Positions 1-9,400 of a DNA stretch of 64,000 bases are shown here, piece by piece. The notes under the pieces were generated by a model. That model was not told the DNA's origin, ran no database searches, and saw nothing but the letters and a program-made list of their open reading frames with translations. Origin of the DNA: Macrostomum hystrix (taxonomy: Eukaryota > Animalia > Platyhelminthes); NCBI GenBank assembly GCA_950097015.1, contig CATNEN010000003.1, positions 4,278,001-4,342,000 of the forward strand, in the 5' to 3' direction. The position numbers and the translations under genes were made by a program. Each line of letters begins with the position of its first letter. The first letter of the stretch is position 1.

Positions 1-2
1 CG

Positions 3-335
3 ATCTATTTCGTTTTGCGCGACGGGGCCAAGGTAAAAGTAGATTGTAGAGTTGGCGACAACCTACTGGACATCATCATCGATCAGAATGTTGATATTGA
101 CGGCTTCGGCGCCTGTGGTGGTACTCTTAGCTGCTCCACCTGTCACCTGTTATTTGACAAGGCTAATTTCGATTCGCTGCCTAATAAAGTAACAGAGGAG
201 GAGCAGGACATGCTAGACTTGGCCTACGAACTGACAGACACCTCTAGGCTTGGTTGCCAAGTTGTTGTCACGCCAGAAATGAGCGAATGGGTTATTAAAG
301 TGCCCAATGATGTGGCTGATGCCAGGGTTCTGTAG
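3..335 (+). CDS. FDX1: Adrenodoxin / mitochondrial 2Fe-2S ferredoxin, 5'-truncated by window edge
   Basis: Open frame from the window edge (IYFVLRDG...). Motifs GFGACGGTLSCSTCH, EEEQDMLDLA and SRLGCQ are typical of adrenodoxin. Stop TAG at 333-335. Confidence 0.88.
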   Translation: MYFVLRDGAKVKVDCRVGDNLLDIIIDQNVDIDGFGACGGTLSCSTCHLLFDKANFDSLPNKVTEEEQDMLDLAYELTDTSRLGCQVVVTPEMSEWVIKVPNDVADARVL

Positions 336-696
336 ATTCATTCTTTATTGATCACTTGAAAAAGATTTTTTATGTCATGCTAAATTTAATTGCTTATAGA
401 ATGGACACATGGCATAGCCCATAAACCACTTTAGTTTGCCTTCATTTAGATCAATTGAGTGATAATTTTTTTAATTTTTAACTCATTGCATGTTTTTAAA
501 ATTCCAACTTAAAAAAATAAATGTCATATTTGCTAGTATTATGTTAGCCTTGCCTTGATTTCCAAATCGGCAATACTTTGCTTTTAAACTAATAGTTTTT
601 TTCCTTAAAAACAACAAAGAAGTAGGTAATTGTAACCTATTTTTACCAGTGCACAACTTTTCCCTGGATCTGGTTTCATAGTGATAAAAAAAATAA

Positions 697-1042
697 AGAT
701 TGCAGGACAGCTGCGGGCAATGGTACATTAAATGGTGACACTAGACCTGCAGCCAGCGAGGAGGCAATTCTGCCCATTTTGCTGACTCCTGAGCACACAG
801 AGACCGTACGTAGGTACACGCTCACACAGGTGTGTACATCTATCTGCCCTGACTTTCTCATCGTCAAGCAGTGTACACTTCACTGTGCCTTGGAGGTTGG
901 TCCTCAAGGCCGTAAATTGCACGACAAGTTCCCAAGCCTTCTCTCAGCGGCTGCGCCCCTATTTAGTGTGGCCTTGCCGCGGAATCGAGCTCAGGGACCT
1001 TGGTGTGAAAGGCAAACGCGTTAACCGCTCTGCCACTCACCC
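697..1042 (-). mobile_element. tRNA-derived SINE, family A (near full length)
   Basis: Reverse complement of the ~330-bp element at 5697 and 10401. A-box TGGCAGAGCGG and B-box-like GAGCTCGATTCC on the minus strand. Confidence 0.8.
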
Positions 1043-1292
1043 TCTTAGATCTGGTTAGTTTGACAGATCTCGCAGTCCATGGACAGAGATGTATTGGAAA
1101 GCGCTGCGAAATGGTTGCAGCTGTGCCACCGACTGTACGTTGCCTAAATAAAGCTAGCTGTCATATTATAAGTAGATGTTATTTACTAATACGTATTTTT
1201 AACTTTCCAGATTGGCTCGGAGATTCACTTGACAGCGCAATTTATTTAATCTTAAATCGAAGCAGTTTAATAAAAATACAGTTTAAGTTGCC

Positions 1293-2687
1293 ATGGGGCC
1301 AACAATAGTTGGCGCCGCCACTGCTTCACCGGCAATCACGCCGAGTGGTGCGTCTAGACAGCACCGACAGCCACATCCTGCTCATCATCAGCATCAGCAT
1401 CGCAGTTCTGTTCCCGTCGGTGGTTCCGGTAGATCGTCGTTAAGCGTGTCTCCAGCCGGTTCGTCGGCTTCGTCAGGCACCGGCGCTGCCGGGCAGAAAA
1501 AGCAACAGGAGAGCGGCCTGATTTGCCGGGTTCGCTACTGCAACAGCCTGCCAGACTTGCCGTTCGATCCGAAATTTCTAGCCTATCCATTTGAAGCCAA
1601 TAGATTTGTTAAGTACAATACTACTTCGCTAGAGAAGGAGTACAAGCATGAATTATTAACAGAGCTAGACTTGGGCATCGACATTGACTTGGTCAATCCT
1701 GACACTTATCGGACATCAGTGCTGGCCAAGCCAGAGCCTGAGGATGAGGCCCTCGTTGCTGACGAATCAGGTCCAGGCGGTCTTCAGAGAGCGTCGCGTC
1801 ACGACAAGATGAAAGCCTCCTGGCTGCGCAAGACTGAGTACATCTCTAACGAAGCTAATCGTCAGAATCAAGTGTTTAGCGACAAAATCGAATCCAAGAT
1901 CAATCTAAAGAATAAAGTGTTTAGCGAGGCTGAAGACATCTACAAGACCAAGGAAAAGCAGATTGAGGCTATCGAGAAGACTTTCGAAGCCACAAAGCGT
2001 CCAGTTGAAGAGCATTACAGCAAGAGAGGCGTGCACGCTGTTCAGGTCATGCCTCTATTGCCAGACTTTCATCTATGGCAACATCCCTGTGCTCAGGTGA
2101 TCTTCGATTCAGATCCATCGCCGAAAGATCAATCGGGCCTATCTGAGGATGTCACACAGGCCATGATCCGCGGTATGGTTGACGAATCCGGCGACCAGTT
2201 TGTTGCCTACTTCTTGCCAACCAGAGAGACGCGAGCTAAGCGCAAACGCGATCAAGAAGCCGGTGTGCCCTATATAGCCGAAGATGTCTACGAGTACGAA
2301 TTGAGTCGCGAATACAATTGGAATGTTAAGAACAAGAGCATGAAAGGCTACGATGAGAATTATTTCTTTGTATTCCGCGAAGGCGGCGTCTATTATAACG
2401 AGCTGGAGACTAGGGTTCGCCTGAGCAAGCGCCGCAAAATTGGTCTGCCCGGAGGTGCGCCAACCACCAAGACTAAATTGGTTGTTAGGCATCGCGATTT
2501 TAATCCGGCAGAAATAGCCGATAGAACAGCTAGACTAGCCGCTCTAGAACCAGCCGAAGAGGTTGAAGACGAAGAGGACGAAGATGAGGATGACGAGGAA
2601 GAAGAAGACGGAGGAGCCGGTGAAGAACAGGAGGAGATTGAAGAAGAGGCGTCCGAAGAGGAAGATGATATTCCCGCCGATGATTGA
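1293..2687 (+). CDS. PAF1: RNA polymerase II-associated factor 1 (single coding exon, 464 aa)
   Basis: CRVRYCNSLPDLPFDPKF, WLRKTEYIS, AMIRGM.DESG.QFVAYFLP, YNELETRVRLSKRR and an acidic C-terminal tail are PAF1 hallmarks. Confidence 0.95.
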   Translation: MGPTIVGAATASPAITPSGASRQHRQPHPAHHQHQHRSSVPVGGSGRSSLSVSPAGSSASSGTGAAGQKKQQESGLICRVRYCNSLPDLPFDPKFLAYPFEANRFVKYNTTSLEKEYKHELLTELDLGIDIDLVNPDTYRTSVLAKPEPEDEALVADESGPGGLQRASRHDKMKASWLRKTEYISNEANRQNQVFSDKIESKINLKNKVFSEAEDIYKTKEKQIEAIEKTFEATKRPVEEHYSKRGVHAVQVMPLLPDFHLWQHPCAQVIFDSDPSPKDQSGLSEDVTQAMIRGMVDESGDQFVAYFLPTRETRAKRKRDQEAGVPYIAEDVYEYELSREYNWNVKNKSMKGYDENYFFVFREGGVYYNELETRVRLSKRRKIGLPGGAPTTKTKLVVRHRDFNPAEIADRTARLAALEPAEEVEDEEDEDEDDEEEEDGGAGEEQEEIEEEASEEEDDIPADD

Positions 2688-3136
2688 ACCATAAGCTAAT
2701 CGGATTTGTCAGAAACTTATAACTTAATAAATAATTTATTAGACATCTAACATCAGTCACATAGATGTTTAAACCATAAACAGTTATAATATTTTATATT
2801 GTATTGAACATAAACGTATTTCAAAACTTATTGTCCTATATTCATGTCTGTAAATATAATTCTATCTCGTTGGGCACTGGTTGCTTATTAAGCACGTTCG
2901 TTAAGTGATGATAAAAATGTCTTTTTTCAGGTTAATGTTTCTGTTAAAATATTTGCGTTTAAATAAAAGCTTTCTTTGTAAGTCATCGCAAAACTGCAAT
3001 GGCGTTCTCAATTTTTCGCGTTTTATGTCACTGTTTTTTGTCTTACTTAACTTTAGAAAGGACATAGAAATGGTTATGATTGGCCCAACCTAGAACACAG
3101 CGGAAGGGGTATTTATTAATCAATCTAGATAACAAA

Positions 3137-3315
3137 ATTAATACCTGCTCCAAACAGATTAGATGTGCAGCCGACAGCACAGCCGCAGCTTCAGCGCATC
3201 TGAAGACTGAGTACGGCTGTTCAGTCCATGGACTGGGCTAAAGGTCAGAAATTGTTCCGGTGTAGTTGGGAATCGAACTCCCGAACATAGTGTCGTGAAT
3301 TCGACGCTCCAACCT
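3137..3315 (-). mobile_element. SINE family B copy, internally deleted
   Basis: Matches the reverse complement of the head and tail of the 43641-43952 element. The central CORE-like part is missing and the junction lies next to the CAGTCCATGGACTG palindrome. Confidence 0.7.
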
Positions 3316-3466
3316 GATTCTTCAGGACCTAGAATTAATCTAGCTTCAATCTAGACCAAACAAGAACAAAAAAGTAGTAAAGAATAGTCGAAAGAGAAAA
3401 CCATTTTTAAAGACAATAATCAACTTTTCTTCAGGTGAACATGTCATCAAAGTAAAGCAGAGAGAA

Positions 3467-6400
3467 ATGAAGCGAAAGCAATCGCAACCCAGCCGGTTGC
3501 CAAGCGCTGCTCAGTCTGATCAATCGTGGCGCTGGATTTGTCCGCAAGGTTCGTCCGAGTCGGTAAACATAAGCGAGATATTTGACAATGGCGTAAAAGT
3601 TATTTCGACGAAAAAGAGAAAAAGACATCGCTCCTTCACTAATAATCCTTTGAGTCTAATTAAGCAATCGGCAAGTTGCACTCAACGTTTGCACCTGCTA
3701 AGCGAATCGGTTGGCAATGGAAGCAATGAAGATTCCAAGATTCGATTCGCCGATCCCGCTTTGTCTACAGTGCTTGTGACTCAGTTTCTGCCTGCCACTG
3801 CTTGCTTGCTGACCAGGCAGCAGCTGGATGATGCAGCTAGAGATTCTGCAGTGCGACTGCAGGCCAGTCTGCTGTTCTCTTGCGAGCAGGTCAGCACATG
3901 CAGTCCATTATTTTGGCTCGGATCCCAATGACTGAGTCAAAATTTCACAACCCTTCCAGATCCGCATGATTGGGTCACAAGTTCACAACCTTTCAGATCC
4001 CCATGATTGGGTCACAAGTTCACAACCCTTCCAGACCCCCATGATTGGGTCACAAGTTCACAAGCCTTCCAGATCCCCATGATTGGGTCACAAGCCTTCC
4101 AGATCCCCATGATTGAGTCACAAGCCTTCCAGATCCCCATGATTGGGTCACAAGCCTTCCAGATCCCCATTATTGGGTCACAAGCCTTCCAGATCCCCAT
4201 GATTGGGTTACAAGCCTTCCAGATCCCCATGATTGGGTCACAAGCCTTCCAGATCCCCATGATTGGGTCACAAGCCTTCCAGATCCCCATGATTGGGTTA
4301 CAAGCCTTCCAGATCCCCATGATTGGGTTACAAGCCTTCCAGATCCGCATGATTGGGTCACAAGTTCACAACCCTTCCAGACCCCCATGATTGGGTTACA
4401 AGCCTTCTAGATCCCCATGATTGGGTTACAATTGCAAGCCTTCCAGATCCCCATGATTGGGTTACAATTGCAAGCCTTCCAGATCCCCATGATTGGGTTA
4501 CAATTGCAAACCTTCCAGATCCCCATGATTGGTTTACAATTGCAAACCTTCCAGATCCCCATGATTGGGTTACAATTGCAAACCTTCCAGATCCCCATGA
4601 TTGGGTTACAATTGCAAACCTTCCAGATCCCCATGATTGGGTTACAATCGCAAACCTTCCAAATCCCCATGATTGGGTTACAATTGCAAACCTTCCAGAT
4701 CCCCATGATTGGGTCACAAGTTCACAACCCTTCCAGACCCCCATGATTGGGTTGCAATTGCAAACCTTCCAGATCCCCATGATTGGGTTGCAATTGCAAA
4801 ACTTCCAGATCCCCATGATTGGGTTGCAATTGCAAACCTTCCAGATCCCCATGATTGGGTTGCAATTGCAAACCTTCCAGATCCCCATGATTGGGTTGCA
4901 ATCGCAAACCTTCCAGATCCCCATGATTGGGTTGCAATTGCAAACCTTCCAGATCTCCAGATCCTCATATATTTGTGATAACTTCCAGGTATTTCTTCAC
5001 GTTGAGCTATTTCCAGTCGAGTCAGAATCCGGAAGCAGTCATCGGCCAAAGAAGCTGGAAGCAGCTTATCTACTGTCGGATGATGCTGGCAAGCTTGGCT
5101 GCTGCAATTGTCCGGGCCAGCTTCGACTGGCTGTTAATAAGGCCAATCTACTCGCCTGTTTAAGCGGCCTTTTGTCATCTGAGAATGCTACTTCATCAAC
5201 TCCGTTGATCATTATCGCCTGTCTAAGACTGGATCGATTGAAATCCCGTCAGATTAGCGACGATCCGTCGGATTTCCCAACCCGCAACGGCACCTGGTCT
5301 AGGCGTCTGGGCTATCTGGTGCAGCTGGACTGGGGCCTAACTGACCAATCGGAGCCGCCCGGTGTACACCTGTCATCAGGGCGGGAGAATCTGATGCAGT
5401 TTTTCGATCAGGTGTGTAGGGATCTCTTCATCATCGATCACCTTCCCCATCGTCCCTAATGCACTAGGTCCCACAATCCTCTAATTTATCCTCTAACCTC
5501 GATCTGCAGTCTATCCCAAATCCCCTAATTCGTCATTTTACTTTAATGCGTCTCTTAAGATCTTTGAATTGTCTCCATCCCTTATTTGCCCCTAATTTGG
5601 TCGCAATAATCATTCTAAAAGCGGTCCTTTATATCTTGTCCCCTATGATCCCCTTGGCTACTATCTTGTCTTGGCTACTATAGCTACTCCCCTAAAGGGG
5701 GTCGGTGGCAGAGCCGTTAACGCGTTTGACTCTCGCAACACGGTCCCTGTGCTCGATTCCGCGGCGAGGCCACATTCATTTTGGGCGCAGCCGCGGAGAG
5801 AAGGCTTTGGGGCTTGTCGTGCAATTTACGCCCTTGAGGGCCAACCTCCAAGGCACAGTGAAAGTGCACACTGCCTGAAGATGGAAAAGTCAGGGCAGAT
5901 GTACACGCCTGCATGAGCGTGTGACTGCGTACAGTATCTGTGTGTGCTCAAAAGGGCAGAATTGCCTCCTCGCTGGCTGCGGTTCTAGTGTCACCCGCGG
6001 CCATCCCGCAATAATTATTATCGCTAATCCCTTGACTCTGAAAAATGAGCCTCCTAACAATTACGCAACCTCGCAACACAGGTGATGGACAGTAACCTCA
6101 GCGGCAGAGCAGCAGCCCTCATCAACTGGTACGACAGTCAGCAGCCTAGTCTAGCAGTTCTGCAAAATCTTGGCCTTCGTTCGCAGTTGCGTCCCTATCA
6201 GCGCCTGGCCTTAGCCTGGTGTGCTAAACGTGAACTGGAACCCGACCTAGCAACCGACTTGGTTACTAAACTGCTTAACGAAGCTTATCAATCTATTCGA
6301 TTGCCAACTGCTCAGCACAGTTTCGAGTCTGCTTTTGCGCTTGCTGTGAATAGTCAGACTGTAGATGCAGTAGAAGCTACTACCGTGTATTATTCACCGT

Positions 6401-9400
6401 ATCACAATCACTTTGTTAGTCGAAGACCTGCATGGGACAAGCTGTGTACCGGCGCCCAGCCCGCTTTTAGGTTAGTGCTTTTCGTAAGGGTTGATGGAGG
6501 ATTTATAAGTAGCGCTTGGTTCTGAAACTGTGCTCCTTGCCTGAGTCCGGTCACCTGGCTTCGGTGTCTTTCTGTTTCACGTCTCATCTCTCCACTGTTT
6601 TATCAATACCCTATCTTATCTCTCCCGTGTCTTATCTGTCCCGTGTCTCATCTCTCCGGTGTCTCATCTCTCTCGTGTCTCATCTCTCCCCTGCCTCATG
6701 TTGTACCGGTCGTCCTGCTAACAATGCGGGATCCGGCGAACTTCAATATGAAGTCCAAGAATACTAGGTAGTGTAGTAGTAGCGCTGCCACCAGGGCGTC
6801 ACGACTTCTGCCTTCGGTGAGTTGAAGGATCCTTGGCCCGAAAGAGATGAATTCACGAAGTCTTAAGAAGCACACTGTGCAGAGTTCTGGTCATAGTTAA
6901 AGGCTGTCAGCGTCCTGCGTAGCTCGGGTGGTGGTGGGAGGCTAAGTAAGTTTCGGGACTTAGCCAGAACTGAGCTTGCGAGCAGTCACACGCAGAGACT
7001 GAATCGGGAAACTTAGACACTGATAGCACTGACAATGAAGAGGAACTAGACCAAGACTGAAATTACGCCAGGGAAAGGTCGGCCGGTAGAGGGCCAGAGG
7101 AGCGGGGGGCTTTCTTTTATAGGCAAGGGCCTCCCATAGGGTCAGTGCAGAGTTAGAAAACACGTGATGGAATCACGTGGTTTCTAAAAATAGCAACTGA
7201 CGTCAGTGGCGCCAGAAACGTCACTCCTACGTAGGCTCCTGTCCAATAATCAAAGCCCCAAGTGCAGTAAACATGTTTACGTGCACTTTAAAAGACAAAG
7301 AGAGAAGCCAGTCACATGAGGAGAATCACGTGCTGACTGAGGGCAGACAAAAACAAAAGAAACGGGACAGGGAACAACGAAGCCGGCGCGGGACAAAGAG
7401 GTGATGACTCATCCCTGGGGGGGGGGAAGAGACAGCACACTTAAAGTACAGGCGCGGCCGGGGAAGGGAGGGGCAGAGAGGGACAGACCAGACAACGCCA
7501 GAGAGGGCGGTCCGGGCAGCCACTCAATGCCAGCAAAAGGGGACACCTAAGCTACCTTGCAGGTGGGGCTACTGACAGCTAGTGAGACACCAATAGGCCC
7601 CTAAGCCTCACTACACTCACTTCTCCTGAGTCTTATCTCTGCCTTTTATCATCTCCCCTGTGTCTCCTATTGAATGTCATGTCACGTCTCATACATTCGC
7701 CTATGTCTATCGTATTTAGGATTCAATCTATAGACGCACGACGTAAATCTAACATCATTAGACGCATTGTTTAATTGATTAGCACACAAAAGTGTGTGTT
7801 TCAACTATAAACAAAATAGTTTCCTACACAAAAACCAATACGCAGAGGCGGCATTCTGGCAGACGAGATGGGCCTCGGCAAAACTGTTGAAATGATCGCC
7901 TTAATACTAGCTCATCAGCGGCCGGACGTTTTAATTAGCGGTTCAGTCTGCGATCACCTTGGCGATGCAGAATTCGATAAACTCGAAGACAATAATGACA
8001 ATCTGAATGATTATCATCGACTCTATTGTCCTTGCAATTCTACCGCGTATCGTATTAGACTATTTGACAGTCGCATTGTTGTCTGCCAACTGTGTGGAAA
8101 TGCACAGCACAGAGAGTGCGTTGGCCTGAGCCAGGAGCAGCAGCAGCAGAAGCAGTGTCGCCGCTACCTCTGCCCCGTGTGCCTGATGCGAGAATCGCCA
8201 TTGCCTGGGCGGGCTACACTCTTTGTTGTGCCGCCCATTCTCTTGGAACAGGTTAGTTTACTGTTCGGATATTTGTAGCTGGTGGGATATTTGTAGCTAG
8301 TGGGATAATTTTAGCTAGTGGGATATTTGTAGCCAGTGGGATAATTGTAGCTAGTGGGATATTTGTAGCTGGTTGGATAATTGTAGCTAGTGGGATAATT
8401 GTAGCCAGTGGGATAATTGTAGCTGGTGTGATATTTGTAGCTAGTGGGATAATTGTAGCCAGTGGGATTATTGTAGCCAGTGGGATAATTGTACCTGGTG
8501 GGATATTTGTAGCTGGTGGGATATTTGTAGCTGGTGGGATATTTGTAGCCAGTGGGATAATTGTAGCCAGTGGGATATTTGTAGCTGGTGGGATATTTGT
8601 AGCTGGTGGGATATTTGTAGCCAGTGGGATAATTGTAGCCAGTGGGATAATTGTAGCCAGTGGGATATTTGTAGCTGGTGGGATATTTGTAGCTGGTTGG
8701 ATATTTGTAGCTAGTGGGATAATTTTAGCTGGTGGGATATTTGTAGCTGGTTGGATATTTGTAGCTAGTGGGATAATTTTAGCTGGTTGGATATTTGTAG
8801 CTGGTTGGATATTTGTAGCTGGTGGGATATTTGTAGCTGGTGGGATAATTGTAGCCAGTGGGATAATTGTAGCTAGTGGGATATTTGTAGCTGGTTGGAT
8901 ATTTGTAGCTGGTTGGATATTTGTAGCTGGTGGGATAATTGTAGCTGGTGGGATAATTGTAGCTAGTGGGATTATTGTAGCCAGTTGGATATTTGTAGCT
9001 GGTTGGATATTTGTAGCTAGTGGGATAATTGTAGCCAGTGGGATATTTGTAGCTGGTGGGATATTTGTAGCTGGTGGGATAATTGTAGCCGGTGGGATAA
9101 TTGTAGCCGGTGGGATATTGTAGCTTTGCGGATAATTCTAGTTGTTGGGATACTTTTTATCTGTGGGGATATTATACTTTTGGGAGATATTTTTTGCTGT
9201 GTAATATTTTCGTTATATATTTTGGGAAGTATTTTAAGAATGGTTATTTTAGAAAGGTACTTCGTTTTCAATTTTTTACCAGTGATAAATTTCTTCACTC
9301 GCTATCCTTTTGAAATGGCACCAGGTGAAGTCGGAATTCAGCCGTCACACAGCTCTAGAAGACTTCAGCCTAACAGTCTATTCCGGTATTGAAGATGGCT

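Noticed and set aside
676-1024. Recurring small ORFs (RAVNAFASRTKVPELDS etc.) at several loci
   Set aside because: Chance frames of SINE family A, not conserved in frame between copies.
4007-5049. Multiple long repetitive ORFs on both strands
   Set aside because: They are translations of the intron-1 minisatellite. Only 4989-5411 is a supported exon.
8428-9123. 231-aa hydrophobic ORF (IFVAGG)n
   Set aside because: Artefact of an 18-bp stop-free intronic repeat, with no ATG start and no homology.
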